From: Candidatus Ozemobacteraceae bacterium
Lineage (GTDB): Bacteria > Muiribacteriota > Ozemobacteria > Ozemobacterales > Ozemobacteraceae
DNA: 64,000 bases
Assembly: GCA_965140445.1 (NCBI GenBank)
Contig: OZ223236.1
Location: 3,296,001-3,360,000 of the forward strand
Direction of reading: 5' to 3'
Positions 9,876 through 21,320 of the stretch are shown one piece after another (positions within the stretch are counted from its first letter, which is position 1; each line of letters begins with the position of its first letter). Below the pieces are notes generated by a model. It was not told where the DNA came from. It did not search any database and saw only the letters and a list, made by a program, of their open reading frames with translations. The position numbers and the translations under genes are program-made.

Positions 9876-9876
9876 C

Positions 9877-11541
9877 ATGACAAATAACAGAAAAAAGCTA
9901 TATGAATGCCTTGTGGTAGCTACCTGCATAAATATTTTTCTTGTAGGATTGCTGGCAATTTTTCTTTTCCTGAAAACATCTGAGGCTGAGGCCGTCAATC
10001 CATTAGAGTTAAAGTCTCTGGAAGCTCTAAAAACACAAGCCCAATCAGATTTAAAAAATGAAGAACTCAAAAACAAAATCCGAACTTTTGATCATATCGC
10101 TCGAAAAGAGTGGCTAGTAAATCAAACCATTAAGACCCGTCTAAAAAATTATCTGGCAATTGCGACTCTATGTTTAATTCTTCTACTTGCATTACTAACT
10201 GCTGTTAAACCAAGGGTCCCAGGGGCTAAAGAACTCGAACCACAGAAATCAAATCCGGGTAGCGAAACTTTTGTTCTGGTATTTATTGCTCTTTTATGTG
10301 CAATTACTGTAAATGCCGGACTATTTTTATCTTATAAACCAGACTCCGCAAACCCGGTAAAAGAGAATTTCTTCATGACCCACTCAGAACTGAATAAATT
10401 TTGGCCCGGGTTCAGGGGAATATTTAATACCGGTATATCAAAAGAACATAAGCCTGTTTCCGGCTGGGGAAAAAATGTAGCAACCGCAGCTCTAAATATA
10501 GCTCAAGTCCCTTTGCCCGGCTACAGTTCGCCGATTTACATTAAAGACAAAATATTTGTAACAGGAGCGGATGAAAAAATCAGGGCTTTATACTGTTTAA
10601 ATGCTTTGGATGGAAAGCTTTTGTGGACTCATGTTGCTGATAAAATTGTCGGATCACCCGCTAAGCCGCCCAAAGTCACAGAGGACACCGGATTCGCGGC
10701 TTCCACTCCTGTAACAAACGGAAAAGGAGTTTTTGCTATTTTTGCCACCGGCGATCTGGTGGCAACAGATTTTGAAGGAAAGCGTCTGTGGGCAAAAAAT
10801 GTGGGCGTTCCAGACAATATCTATGGCTATTGCAGCTCCCTTTTAGCTTATGAATCAAAAATTATTGTTCAATATGATAATGATGACAAGCAGGTTATCT
10901 ACTGTTTCAATGCAGCTGATGGCAAGGAAATCTGGCAACAAAAACGAAAGGCCCCAGTTTCATGGTCGTCACCGAGCATCTGCCAATTAAAGGATAAAAA
11001 TCTTGTAATTACCATAAACTGTAGAGATGTCGAGGGTTTCGACCTTGAATCAGGGCAAAAATTGTGGACTCAAAAAATCATGGGGGGAGAAGTCGCACCT
11101 TCTGCTACCAGTGACGAAGGCATAGTTTATGTAGCAAACCAATACGTTGTAGCTGCTGCTGTCGATGGGGCAACAGGGAAACTTTTATGGAAAAACTCCA
11201 GCGCCGTGCTTCCAGATGTATGCTCACCAGTTGTTTTTAAAAACATGCTTTATCTTTTTACAAGTGACAGTACCATTAGCTGTCTGGATACTAAGACTGG
11301 CAAGGTTCTATGGGAAGAAGAAGTAAAAAATGGCTTCTACAGCAGCCCGCTCGTTCTTACCGATCGAATCATTGCCTTTGATTTAAAAGGCAATATGCTA
11401 AGTATTAAACCCGATCCTGATAAGTTAATTGTCGAATCCACCGACTCATTAGGGGTATCAGTTCTTTCTACACCTGCGATTGGATCTAATCAAATGTGGG
11501 TAAGAACTTCAAAAGGCATCTTTAAGATTGAGGGAGAATAA
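9877..11541 (+). CDS. membrane-anchored PQQ-like beta-propeller protein
   Basis: Three N-terminal TM segments; WPGFRG; repeated GKxLW blades; likely start ATG 9877, right after the upstream stop. Confidence 0.85.
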   Translation: MTNNRKKLYECLVVATCINIFLVGLLAIFLFLKTSEAEAVNPLELKSLEALKTQAQSDLKNEELKNKIRTFDHIARKEWLVNQTIKTRLKNYLAIATLCLILLLALLTAVKPRVPGAKELEPQKSNPGSETFVLVFIALLCAITVNAGLFLSYKPDSANPVKENFFMTHSELNKFWPGFRGIFNTGISKEHKPVSGWGKNVATAALNIAQVPLPGYSSPIYIKDKIFVTGADEKIRALYCLNALDGKLLWTHVADKIVGSPAKPPKVTEDTGFAASTPVTNGKGVFAIFATGDLVATDFEGKRLWAKNVGVPDNIYGYCSSLLAYESKIIVQYDNDDKQVIYCFNAADGKEIWQQKRKAPVSWSSPSICQLKDKNLVITINCRDVEGFDLESGQKLWTQKIMGGEVAPSATSDEGIVYVANQYVVAAAVDGATGKLLWKNSSAVLPDVCSPVVFKNMLYLFTSDSTISCLDTKTGKVLWEEEVKNGFYSSPLVLTDRIIAFDLKGNMLSIKPDPDKLIVESTDSLGVSVLSTPAIGSNQMWVRTSKGIFKIEGE

Positions 11542-13858
11542 TTTGCAGGAACAGGAATTAAATTTTTTACAATCCCTTGTTCAGGCAAGGGGAAGAGAGC
11601 AACGTGACCTGGTAGCCATACTTCTGGGCATTCAAGACGAATATGGCTATTTGCCAATGCCTCTTTTAGAAGAAATTCCAGCCCTTACAAGCATTTCTGC
11701 CGGAGCAATAAAAAGTGTAATCAGCTTCTATTCACACTTCAGATTGAAACCTGCCGGAAAACATCAAATAAACGTCTGTGTCGGCACAGCCTGCTATGTA
11801 AAAGGCGCAGAACAAACTTATAATGCCTTTCTAAAAACTCTCGATGTCCCGGAAGGGGAAGATACAGACCCGGAATTAAATTATACTGTTTCAAAGGTTG
11901 CGTGCCTTGGTTGCTGTATGCTTGCTCCCGCGGTTCAGGTTGGGGAGCAAATCTTTGGCTGGGTTGATCCTCCCGAAGTTGAACGGGTTTTAAATGATTT
12001 TGCCAGAGAATATGCAGCAGGCAATAAGCTGGCTCTTCCAGAGAAATTAGTCAGCTCCGAAGGGGAGGTAAAAATCTGTTTATGCTCAAGTTGTGCAGCC
12101 GCTGGTTCAAGAAAAATCTATAATGAATTGATAAAATGGTCCCAGGAAATTGGTTTTCCATTAAAAACCACCCTTTCTGGTTGCACGGGTGTTTCCTTTG
12201 CGGCACCATTAATAAAGCTCACTGACCAAAAAGGCCAGATTTTTTATTATGGAAATTTGAGTTCTGATAGCCTTCAAACAGTATTGTTCAAACATTTTCC
12301 GAAAAACAGTTTTGCCCATGTTTTAGATAACTTTCTTTACTGGGGACAAAATCCTCTTGAGAATAAGCTTTTAAAAAAAGAGGAAAGTGAAAATGAAATC
12401 TGGTTATCCACCAATAATCGTATAGTAATGGAAAATTGCCCTGAAAACAGCCCTTGCGACCTTCAGCTTTATAAAGATTCCGGTGGTTTTATCGGGCTTA
12501 AAAATGCCAAAAATTCAACTTCGCAGGAGATAATTCAAACCGTTAAAATTTCTGGCTTAAGAGGAAGGGGAGGAGCTGGTTTTAAAACAGGTCTGAAAAT
12601 GGAAAAGGCTGCAAATGCTAATTCTGAAAAAAAATATGTAATTTGTAACGCTGATGAAGGTGATCCAGGCGCATTTATGGATCGAATGCTTCTTGAATCG
12701 GTTCCATTTAGAGTAATTGAGGGTATGACGATTGCGGCCAATGCCATAGGTGCAAATGAAGGTTACATTTTTGTTCGCAGAGAATATCCATTAGCTATCG
12801 AACGAATAAAAGAAGCAATCAAATTATGTCAGGAAGATAAGATTTTAGAAGCCAATCCTTTAAAAGAAGGCTTTTGTCTCAAAATCGTTGAAGGTGCTGG
12901 AGCTTTTGTTTGCGGGGAAGAGACTGCGCTTATAGCAGCAATCGAGGGTAAACGTGGTATTCCTCGTCCTCGTCCACCATTTCCAACAGACCAGGGACTA
13001 TTCGGCTATCCCAGTTTAATCAACAACGTAGAAACCTTTGCCTGTATTCCATGGATCTTTAAAAACGGACCAGAAAAATTTAAACAAATTGGCACTGAAA
13101 GCAGCCCTGGTACCAAAACCTTTGCTCTTGCCGGAAAAGTTAAAAGAGGTGGCTTGATTGAAGTCCCTATGGGAATAACTATCAGACAGGTCATTGAGGA
13201 TTTCGGAGGCGGAGTTTCTGGAAATGCAGAGCTAAAGGCTGTGCAAATTGGCGGTCCATCAGGTGGTTGCATTCCTGAAAGTATTTTTGACCTGCCCATA
13301 GACTATGAAGCTTTATCAGAATCTGGTGCAATAATGGGTTCAGGGGGACTGGTTGTTCTGGATGAACACGACTGCATGGTCGATATTGCCCGCTATTTTC
13401 TTGAGTTTACAGCAAAAGAATCCTGCGGAGATTGCTCTTTTTGCCGCATAGGAACAAAAAAGGCTTTGGAAATCCTGGAAAATCTTTGTAATGGAAGTGC
13501 CGTAAAGGGTGATTTAGAAAGCCTTGAAGAACTATCTAGCCTTATTAAATCCGGAAGCAAATGTGGGTTAGGAAAAACTGCGCCAAATCCTATTTTAACC
13601 ACCTTAAAATATTTTCGAGATGAGTATGAAAGCCACTTGAATAAGTTTTGCCCAGCTGGGAAATGCCCTGAATTATTCAGTTTCAAGGTAAATGAAGATT
13701 GCACAGGGTGCATGCTTTGTTCCAAGGCATGTCCAGTGGATGCCATTCCATTTAATCCATGGAATGATGCAGAAATAGATAACGAAAAATGTGTAAGATG
13801 CGGAACTTGTCGTTCTATATGCCCAGATAAAGCTATAGAGGTGGAAAAACGAAAATGA
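11528..13858 (+). CDS. NuoE-NuoF (HydC-HydB/BfuC-BfuB-like) fused NADH-binding flavo-Fe-S protein
   Basis: NuoE motifs CVGTAC and CLGCC; second thioredoxin-like 2Fe-2S domain; [40 protein letters not shown]-terminal 2x[4Fe-4S]; alternative start TTG 11543. Confidence 0.9.
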   Translation: MRENNLQEQELNFLQSLVQARGREQRDLVAILLGIQDEYGYLPMPLLEEIPALTSISAGAIKSVISFYSHFRLKPAGKHQINVCVGTACYVKGAEQTYNAFLKTLDVPEGEDTDPELNYTVSKVACLGCCMLAPAVQVGEQIFGWVDPPEVERVLNDFAREYAAGNKLALPEKLVSSEGEVKICLCSSCAAAGSRKIYNELIKWSQEIGFPLKTTLSGCTGVSFAAPLIKLTDQKGQIFYYGNLSSDSLQTVLFKHFPKNSFAHVLDNFLYWGQNPLENKLLKKEESENEIWLSTNNRIVMENCPENSPCDLQLYKDSGGFIGLKNAKNSTSQEIIQTVKISGLRGRGGAGFKTGLKMEKAANANSEKKYVICNADEGDPGAFMDRMLLESVPFRVIEGMTIAANAIGANEGYIFVRREYPLAIERIKEAIKLCQEDKILEANPLKEGFCLKIVEGAGAFVCGEETALIAAIEGKRGIPRPRPPFPTDQGLFGYPSLINNVETFACIPWIFKNGPEKFKQIGTESSPGTKTFALAGKVKRGGLIEVPMGITIRQVIEDFGGGVSGNAELKAVQIGGPSGGCIPESIFDLPIDYEALSESGAIMGSGGLVVLDEHDCMVDIARYFLEFTAKESCGDCSFCRIGTKKALEILENLCNGSAVKGDLESLEELSSLIKSGSKCGLGKTAPNPILTTLKYFRDEYESHLNKFCPAGKCPELFSFKVNEDCTGCMLCSKACPVDAIPFNPWNDAEIDNEKCVRCGTCRSICPDKAIEVEKRK

Positions 13859-14835
13859 GTCAGTTTTATTTAGATAACCAGGCTATCAAATTTAAATCTG
13901 GGGAAACCATCTTGCAAGCGGCGCAAAATGCTGGAATTCAAATTCCTGTTTTGTGTCATAAAAAAGAAACAGCTTCCTGTGGCAACTGCATGGTTTGTGC
14001 TGTTAAGGAGTTAGAAAGTAAAAAGTTTATTGCATCTTGCTCAACACTTGCTGTCAATGAACAAAGGTATGAAAACAACACTGAAGAAATCGCCATTTTT
14101 CGCAAGTCAGCAGTTGAGCTCCTACTTGCCGAGCATATTGGTGACTGTGTAGCGCCATGTAAATTGGTATGTCCTCAGAAACTTAATATTCCGCAGCTTA
14201 TGAAAAAGCTTTCAAATAAAGAAAACATAACTGATTTCAGATTTAATCCAGAAATTTGCGATGAATGTGGTGGACGCTGTGAAAAGGCATGTCGAAGAGG
14301 ATTCTTTGACCGGGCAATTTCAATCCGTGAACTTTTAAAAGACTTTGGCGAAGCTGACAAATCGATAACCAGAAAAGAAAAAAATTCCAGACCTGAATAT
14401 TTTCATTTCCTTGGAAAATGTGATCAGAAAAGCCTTAAAAAGATCTATGGAATCAAGATTGCCCATGAAAAACTTGATGCTGACAGATGCCTTCAATGTA
14501 GTTGTAATGCAGAAAGTGATTGTGAGCTTCGAAATATGGCATCTTTAATGAAAGCCAGACAAGCCAGATTCAAATTGTCTGACCCCTTATTTCTGGAACC
14601 TGTTGTTACCCCAACCATAGTTTATTATCCAGGAAAATGCATTCGTTGTAATCGCTGTATAAGGCTTGGAGAGCAACTTAAATCAATAAAACATACCGAT
14701 GGTCCGGTTATGACAGGAAGAGGTTTGAACTCAAGAGTAGACTCACCTGTTGGACTCACTTTTGATCAAGCTTTTGCCCCTGATGAAGACAAATTTATTG
14801 CAATTTGCCCAACTGGTGCTCTTGCTAGACCATAA
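13855..14835 (+). CDS. NuoG/HydA-N-terminus-like Fe-S protein lacking a catalytic domain
   Basis: 2Fe-2S motif ([13 protein letters not shown]); [14 protein letters not shown] and CEKACRRG (GltD-N-like); RCLQCSC..CELR; CIRCNRC..CPTGAL; only 326 aa. Confidence 0.8.
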   Translation: MSQFYLDNQAIKFKSGETILQAAQNAGIQIPVLCHKKETASCGNCMVCAVKELESKKFIASCSTLAVNEQRYENNTEEIAIFRKSAVELLLAEHIGDCVAPCKLVCPQKLNIPQLMKKLSNKENITDFRFNPEICDECGGRCEKACRRGFFDRAISIRELLKDFGEADKSITRKEKNSRPEYFHFLGKCDQKSLKKIYGIKIAHEKLDADRCLQCSCNAESDCELRNMASLMKARQARFKLSDPLFLEPVVTPTIVYYPGKCIRCNRCIRLGEQLKSIKHTDGPVMTGRGLNSRVDSPVGLTFDQAFAPDEDKFIAICPTGALARP

Positions 14836-14913
14836 ATTTAGATTCTGAGCTTTAAGAAAGCCCAAACCTGATGTAAAGTAATCCTATATTAAATAGTTGT
14901 AAGGAGATTTCCC

Positions 14914-16188
14914 ATGAAAAACGGATTTGTAAGCAAATTTAATTTTGTTTTGATTTGTACCATTTTTCTGATTTCCAGTTTTCCTGCTTTTTCTACGGAT
15001 ATAACCCAATGGCGTTTTAATCGTGATGGAATTTTCCCAGAAACAAGCCTTTTGGGAAAGTGGCCAGACGCTGGTCCAACCATGCTTTGGGTAAATGAAA
15101 AAATTGGTGATGGCTATTCCAGTCCTATAATTGTCGATGGAAAAATTTTTGTGACAGGCGTAATCAATGAAAAAGAATTCTTAGTATGTTTAGATTTAAG
15201 CGGTAAAGAACAATGGAAAACTGAATATTCACAAGCCTGGACGAATTCATATCCAGAAGCTAGAACTACTCCGACTTACGTTGACGGGAAAATCTATGTC
15301 ATTAGTGGAAACGGTGTAGCAGCATCAATAGATGCCAAAACAGGAAAGCTTCTTTGGGCTGAAAACGTTTATGAAAAGTATCAGGGTGATTTTGGCCGAT
15401 GGGGAGCAGCGGAATCTCCATTGGTAGTTGATGGCAAAGTGATCGTTACTCCTACAGGCGAAACTACAACTATGGTTGCCCTAAATGTTAAAGACGGGGC
15501 ACTGATTTGGAAAACTCCTTCCTTGAATGAAAAAGGAGCCTACGTTTCTCCCCTTTTAATAAACTATAACGGCATCAAACAAATCGTTGGCGTTGGGAGT
15601 AAATACATTTTTGGGGTTAATCCTGAAAATGGCGATATTCAATGGAAATTTGACTATCTGGGAACTTTCTTTGAAAATGAAGGCAATCCACAGCGCTGGG
15701 TAATCAATTGCAATACACCAACTTATCATGATGGGCAAATCTTTGTTACCAGCGGGTATGATCATGCTGGCGTAATGCTTAAATTGAATGAAAAGTGCAC
15801 TGAAGCCAAACTGTTATGGAAAACAGATGTTCTTGATGTCCACCACGGGCATGTGGTTTTAGTCGATGGATATTTATATGGATCAAATTGGCTGAATAAC
15901 AGCACTGGAAACTGGACCTGTATTTCCTGGAAAGATGGGAAAAAAATGTGGGAACAGAAATGGAATGGCAAAGGAAGCATAATCTACGCTGAAGGTATGC
16001 TGTATATATACGATGAAAAGCGTGGGGAAGTTGGCCTTTTAAAAGCTACTCCAAAAGAATTTAACCTGATTAGCTCGTTTCCGGTAAAACATGGTTCAAA
16101 AGCACATTGGGCGCACCCGATAATTCACAATGGTATTCTTTACATCAGACATGGTGAAGCTCTAATGGCTCACAATATCAAAAAGTAG
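14914..16188 (+). CDS. secreted PQQ-like beta-propeller protein
   Basis: Sec signal peptide; GYSSP, TGKLLW, AESPLVVDG blades; RBS AGGAG. Confidence 0.85.
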   Translation: MKNGFVSKFNFVLICTIFLISSFPAFSTDITQWRFNRDGIFPETSLLGKWPDAGPTMLWVNEKIGDGYSSPIIVDGKIFVTGVINEKEFLVCLDLSGKEQWKTEYSQAWTNSYPEARTTPTYVDGKIYVISGNGVAASIDAKTGKLLWAENVYEKYQGDFGRWGAAESPLVVDGKVIVTPTGETTTMVALNVKDGALIWKTPSLNEKGAYVSPLLINYNGIKQIVGVGSKYIFGVNPENGDIQWKFDYLGTFFENEGNPQRWVINCNTPTYHDGQIFVTSGYDHAGVMLKLNEKCTEAKLLWKTDVLDVHHGHVVLVDGYLYGSNWLNNSTGNWTCISWKDGKKMWEQKWNGKGSIIYAEGMLYIYDEKRGEVGLLKATPKEFNLISSFPVKHGSKAHWAHPIIHNGILYIRHGEALMAHNIKK

Positions 16189-16197
16189 GGATTTAAA

Positions 16198-17418
16198 GTG
16201 CAAAAAGCAGTCTTTTTGTCAGGACTGATTTTTCTAATTGCGGTAATTCACTTTTATTATTTGCCAACTGATATAGCACCCGAAATAGGGAATTCATCAG
16301 GTTTAGATAAAAGTGAAAGCCAGGCTGTTCAAAAAGCTTTTGTTCCATCTGGAAGCTGGCCCCAATATCGAAAATATGAAAACCTTCCGGGATCAGTAGA
16401 AAAGATTCCTGAGCAAGCACCTGAATTAATCTGGAGATATAATACTGGTTTCCCTCTGAAATCAGGACCTCTGGTTAATTCAGGGAAAGCCTTTGTTGTA
16501 GCAAAAAAAGGTTTGATTGTAGCTGTTGATCTAATTGCGGGTAAAAAACTCTGGCAGCATTGTTATTGTGAACCAGTAACAGCAAGTGGATTGTTGCTTG
16601 AAAATGCCTCATCAACAATTCATTTTATCGGGACACAAAAGGGTAATCTGTATGCCACAGATGCGGCTAACGGAAATCCTCTTTTTAGCTTCAAAACTCA
16701 GGATAAAATTAATGGCGCCCCCGCTGTTTTCAAATCTGAGCAGAGCAATAGCCAAATGGTTGTTTTTGGTTCTTATGACTGTTTCATTTATAGTATTGAC
16801 CCGATTACCGGGAAAATGAACTGGAAGCTTGAAACAGATAACTACCAAAATGGAACTCCTTCCAGAATTGGAAAGAATTTGTTTATTGGCGGTTGCGACG
16901 GTTTTCTTAGAGCAATAAATCCAGAGACTGGAAGTCAAACATTCAGCATCAGCCTTGGTGGTTATATTCCTTCTTCGCCTGCTTGTTTAGATGAAATGGT
17001 TTATGTTGCTCTTCATGAGGGTGAAATTGTGGCACTTGATTCATCCAAAAAAGAGATAAAATGGAGATTAAAACCTGATGAAGAATCTGAATTCCTAATT
17101 TCCCCTTTGGTAAATGATGAGTTTGTAATAATTGCGAGCAGAAAAGGGAAAATAAAGATACTTGACCGTGAAACTGGTCTGCTTCAAAGATCAATTAATC
17201 ACCCTTCAGAAATTATTTCCGAACCAGTTATTGATAAAAAGTCTATTTTCCTGGCCGATTCAGATGGCAACCTGGTTGCCTACGATTTAACTACCGGAAA
17301 AAAGATATGGCAGAAACTTCATGGTGCATCAGTCGAAGCACCAGTTGCATTAATTGACAATGCTCTTCTTGTAGCAGATATGGAAGGCACTTTAAGCCTT
17401 TATGGCTGGAAAAACTAG
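16198..17418 (+). CDS. PQQ-like (BamB-type) beta-propeller protein
   Basis: N-terminal TM/signal; WPQYR; repeated GKxxW blades. Confidence 0.85.
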   Translation: MQKAVFLSGLIFLIAVIHFYYLPTDIAPEIGNSSGLDKSESQAVQKAFVPSGSWPQYRKYENLPGSVEKIPEQAPELIWRYNTGFPLKSGPLVNSGKAFVVAKKGLIVAVDLIAGKKLWQHCYCEPVTASGLLLENASSTIHFIGTQKGNLYATDAANGNPLFSFKTQDKINGAPAVFKSEQSNSQMVVFGSYDCFIYSIDPITGKMNWKLETDNYQNGTPSRIGKNLFIGGCDGFLRAINPETGSQTFSISLGGYIPSSPACLDEMVYVALHEGEIVALDSSKKEIKWRLKPDEESEFLISPLVNDEFVIIASRKGKIKILDRETGLLQRSINHPSEIISEPVIDKKSIFLADSDGNLVAYDLTTGKKIWQKLHGASVEAPVALIDNALLVADMEGTLSLYGWKN

Positions 17419-17433
17419 ATTAACGGAACATGT

Positions 17434-18105
17434 ATGAATAACGGTTTTATTAAAATTCAAAACTTAACCAAGTCCTACAATCTGGAATCTGTGGAATGCA
17501 AGGTTCTCAAGGGTGTCGAATTAGAAGTAGAAAATCAAAAATCTGTGGCTATAACGGGACCGTCTGGCAGTGGAAAATCAACTCTTCTAAATTTGATTTG
17601 TGGTTTGCTGAAACCTGATTCAGGACAGATTTTTTTGAATGATACCGATATCAGTTCTTTGCAAAATGATGAGCTTCCAAAGTTCAGAGCAAAGAATATA
17701 GGCATCATTTTTCAGCATCATTTTCTTATGGATCACTGCACCGCATTAGAAAATGTTCTTTTACCTGCATTGGCTATAGAAGATCATTCTAAAGAAACCA
17801 TAGACCGGGCTGTAGAGCTATTGAATAAAATCGGGTTGTCAGAGCGCCAGGATCATTTCCCCGGGCAGCTTTCCGGGGGCGAAAGGTTGCGAGTTGCTAT
17901 TGCAAGAGCTTTGATAAACAAGCCCAAAATTATTCTTGCCGATGAACCTACAGGATCTGTAGAACCTGAACTGGGTCAGGAAATAATGGAGCTTCTGGTT
18001 TCTCAACGCGATTGTTCACTGATTACGGTCACCCACGCCGAGTATGTAGCCAACTTTATGGACCGGCGTTTTAAACTTGTTAACGGAAAGCTTGTTAGTA
18101 ACTAA
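17434..18105 (+). CDS. ABC transporter ATP-binding protein (LolD/MacB type)
   Basis: GPSGSGKS, LSGGE, ILADEPTG motifs. Confidence 0.92.
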   Translation: MNNGFIKIQNLTKSYNLESVECKVLKGVELEVENQKSVAITGPSGSGKSTLLNLICGLLKPDSGQIFLNDTDISSLQNDELPKFRAKNIGIIFQHHFLMDHCTALENVLLPALAIEDHSKETIDRAVELLNKIGLSERQDHFPGQLSGGERLRVAIARALINKPKIILADEPTGSVEPELGQEIMELLVSQRDCSLITVTHAEYVANFMDRRFKLVNGKLVSN

Positions 18106-21100
18106 TGAAAAGTTTTTCCTTATCTCATTTTTTAACCAGAATCATAAGATACTATCGTGTTGATTGCTGGCAAATGATCTTAGCCGTCGCTTTATGTGCC
18201 ATGGTTGTTTCCGGGTCCTTTATAATTGGTGACTCTGTTGATTTCAGCCTTAGGAAGGTTTCAAAAAGCAGTATCGGTAAAATAAAAACTGTTCTTAGAA
18301 CAGAAGGAAGCTGGCTAACCAAAAAATCTGTACAAAATTTTTCAGCTAAAAACAATGCCTCATCTCAGCTCATAATTTCTACAACAGCTTATTTAGCCAA
18401 ATTAGATGGTAATGGTTCCCAAAAAATTAATCTTTATGGAATTAAGCCCGCGTTTGCATCTTGCTTTAATGATACTGTTGGCCCTAAGATAGCTTCTGCT
18501 GAAATAGCAATTAATAAAGCTCTGGCAGATAGTCTTGATTTAAAAATAGGCGATAGGGTGGTTTTACGTTATTTTAAACCCACTGGAATGCCCGGTGATG
18601 CACCTTTTTCACTGCAGAAAAGCAGCATTAAAACTAGAAGCTTAAAAGTATCTTCACTTATCTCAGGAGAAAGTGGTGGAAACTTTTCTTTAAACGTTTC
18701 TCAGCAATTGCCCATTAATGGATTTTTAGATTTTGATTTTCTTGCTGAATTGCTAGAGCAAACCGGTAGAGGAAATATTATCTGTTCTTTAGAACAGGCC
18801 GATCTTGGAAATCTCATAAAGCCTTATTTAACCCTTGAGGATTATGGTCTTAATTTGGAAAGAGAAGGTAAAAGCGCCTATTTAAGGTCAAATTCAGTTT
18901 TTATTTCGGATTATCTGGCCAACCAGTTCAAGTTGATTGCAAGCGATAGTCAAGAGGCTTTTGGCTACTTTGTAAATTCCATTGAATCTGGAACAAAGAG
19001 CGTTCCTTACTCATTCGTAACAGGAATAGAAAAAACACTCCTGGCAAGTTTTTCCAGGAATCTTTCTTCCATAATCATTAATGAATGGACAGCCAGAAAA
19101 CTTAATGTCTCCAATGGAGACCGCTTAAAAATGTCCTATTATCTTCCACGGCCTTTTGGGCTTTTGGAAGAAAAAAGTGCTGATTTTTCTTTAGAAAAAG
19201 TTATCTCCATGAAGGACAGCGAGCAATATAAAAGGTTTGCGCCCGTTTTCCCGGGAATGGAAAATGCTGAAAGTTGTTCTGATTGGGACCCCTCATTACC
19301 TATCAACACCAGGCTTATTGAAGATGACGATGAAGAATATTGGGAAACCTACAAAAGCCTTCCCAAAGCAATTGTCGATGTTCAGACTGCTAAAAAGCTC
19401 TGGGGCAATCGCTTCGGCGGAAGAACTCTTTTATATTGTTCGTTCTTTCCAGAGTTAGAAGATAAACTCCTGGCCGCCCTTAACCAGGAAAAAATGGGCT
19501 TTATAACGATACCATCAGCACAACAAAAAATCGAAGCAACAGATAAAGCGCTTGATTTCCGCGGTCTTTTTATTGGTCTTGGCTTTTTTGTAATTGTTTC
19601 TGCGTTGCTTCTTGTGAAATTACTTTTTGAAATGCATATTGAAAGACGTTTTCAGGAAATGTCGGTTATGAGCATAATAGGATTTTCTTCAAATGTTTTA
19701 AGAAAACTACTATTTCAGGAAGCTCTTATAATCTGTTGTATTGGTGCACCTTTTGGCGTAATTTCGGGTTGGATTTACGCAAAAATACAAATTCTTTTAC
19801 TTAGCTCTGTATGGCATGGTGCTTTAAATTTTTCAAGCCTTGAACTAGATGTCAGGGGCACAAGCTTATTAATTTCACTATTTGTGACCATCTTTATTTC
19901 AATGATTCCGGTGTTTTTTTTTATTCGAAAGTTTCTGCTTTCAGATCAACACCAGCTAATCTTTGGTTCTCCGAATAAGTTTACTCCCCCTGATTCAGGT
20001 ATCCTTTACCCCACAATTTTCCTCGCCTTCGCTTTTGTTACAATTCTTGCTACCCCGAACAAGGATGCTGTTCAGGAACTAGCCTTATTCTTCATCGCAG
20101 GCTTTGCTCTTCTATATTTTCTAACTCAATGGAGCTTATTTTATTTAGCTAACAGCACAAAAATTGAATCTCCCATGAAAATTATAGATTTGGCTAAAAG
20201 AAACTGTATTCGTAAATTTAGTCGCAGTCAGGCTGTAATTAGAGTTCTGGCATTTGCAGTTTTTCTGGTCATTGGAATATCGGCCAATCATAGAGGTGAA
20301 GTTGAAAATCCATGGAACAAAAAAGGCGGAACCGGTGGCTTCTCAATATTTGGAGAGACAGCGATCCCTTTTAGTGGTGATTTGTTTTCCGGGGCAACTG
20401 GCAAAAAGAATAGCCAAACAGGGTTAGGTTCAGAAACAATGCTGATACAGGTTCCCGTTTTAGAAGGCAGTGAAGCCAGCTGCTTTAACCTGAATTCCGT
20501 AAAAAAACCTTCAGTAATAGGTGTAAGACCAGAAGTTTTTAAGGATCGGTTTGATTTTGCCTGGCAAACTGATAAACAAGCAGGTTGGGAAGCTCTCCAA
20601 AAAGAATTTTCGGATAGCAAAGTTATTCCGGCAATTGCAGATTCGGAAGTAATAATGTGGAGTCTTGGATTAAAACAGGGTAGTGAAATTGAGTTCAAAT
20701 CCTCCAACGGAGAAGTTTATCGTCTAAAGTTTGTTGCTGGTCTAAAAGGCTCAATTTTTCAGGGTATGGTGCTGGTTTCTCTTGATAATTTTTATCGGCT
20801 CTGGCCTGAATCTTCAGGAAGTCGTTTGTTTTTGACCAACAGCTCTAAATTGAATTTTGATAATGATTTTAAGGGCCTTACAACTAGTTTAAACCGCTAC
20901 GGGGTGAATCTGGAACCTGCTTCAGAAAGACTGGCTAAGTTTAACCGGGTTCAAAACACGTATTTAACAATGTTTCTATCTTTGGGAAGTATTGCTTTGC
21001 TTCTTGGTACTGTAGCAATTGGCATACTACTAAATCGCAATCTTTTTGAGCGAAAGAATGAGCTTAAAACCCTTTTTGCAATAGGTTTTACGTCTTCTCA

Positions 21101-21320
21101 ACTTTTTAACATTATTTTTATGGAACATCTTTTCCTATTTGTAATTGGAGTTTTTAACGGTCTATTGTCTGCCGGACTGGCTATTTATCCTGTGTTGATT
21201 TCAGCTCAGGGAAAACCTCCGGTTACAGGAATACTAATGTCCGTTTTAGTGCTATTGGTAGCGGGCTTTATCAGCTTATATGTATCTTTAAGGGCAAGTT
21301 GGAAAGAAGTTAATTTGTAA
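18105..21320 (+). CDS. large FtsX-family (MacB/LolC-like) ABC permease with two FtsX modules
   Basis: TM clusters separated by large periplasmic domains; ERRFQE..IIGF and ERKNELKTLFAIGF motifs; TAATG coupling to the ATPase gene. Confidence 0.85.
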   Translation: MKSFSLSHFLTRIIRYYRVDCWQMILAVALCAMVVSGSFIIGDSVDFSLRKVSKSSIGKIKTVLRTEGSWLTKKSVQNFSAKNNASSQLIISTTAYLAKLDGNGSQKINLYGIKPAFASCFNDTVGPKIASAEIAINKALADSLDLKIGDRVVLRYFKPTGMPGDAPFSLQKSSIKTRSLKVSSLISGESGGNFSLNVSQQLPINGFLDFDFLAELLEQTGRGNIICSLEQADLGNLIKPYLTLEDYGLNLEREGKSAYLRSNSVFISDYLANQFKLIASDSQEAFGYFVNSIESGTKSVPYSFVTGIEKTLLASFSRNLSSIIINEWTARKLNVSNGDRLKMSYYLPRPFGLLEEKSADFSLEKVISMKDSEQYKRFAPVFPGMENAESCSDWDPSLPINTRLIEDDDEEYWETYKSLPKAIVDVQTAKKLWGNRFGGRTLLYCSFFPELEDKLLAALNQEKMGFITIPSAQQKIEATDKALDFRGLFIGLGFFVIVSALLLVKLLFEMHIERRFQEMSVMSIIGFSSNVLRKLLFQEALIICCIGAPFGVISGWIYAKIQILLLSSVWHGALNFSSLELDVRGTSLLISLFVTIFISMIPVFFFIRKFLLSDQHQLIFGSPNKFTPPDSGILYPTIFLAFAFVTILATPNKDAVQELALFFIAGFALLYFLTQWSLFYLANSTKIESPMKIIDLAKRNCIRKFSRSQAVIRVLAFAVFLVIGISANHRGEVENPWNKKGGTGGFSIFGETAIPFSGDLFSGATGKKNSQTGLGSETMLIQVPVLEGSEASCFNLNSVKKPSVIGVRPEVFKDRFDFAWQTDKQAGWEALQKEFSDSKVIPAIADSEVIMWSLGLKQGSEIEFKSSNGEVYRLKFVAGLKGSIFQGMVLVSLDNFYRLWPESSGSRLFLTNSSKLNFDNDFKGLTTSLNRYGVNLEPASERLAKFNRVQNTYLTMFLSLGSIALLLGTVAIGILLNRNLFERKNELKTLFAIGFTSSQLFNIIFMEHLFLFVIGVFNGLLSAGLAIYPVLISAQGKPPVTGILMSVLVLLVAGFISLYVSLRASWKEVNL

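Noticed and set aside
11528..14835. Complex I nuoEFG or an [FeFe]-hydrogenase
   Set aside because: No other nuo subunits, and the partner lacks H-cluster motifs
6348..17418. Propeller genes as bamB or PQQ dehydrogenases
   Set aside because: Four divergent paralogs outside a bam context; no pqq genes and no catalytic motifs recognisable by eye
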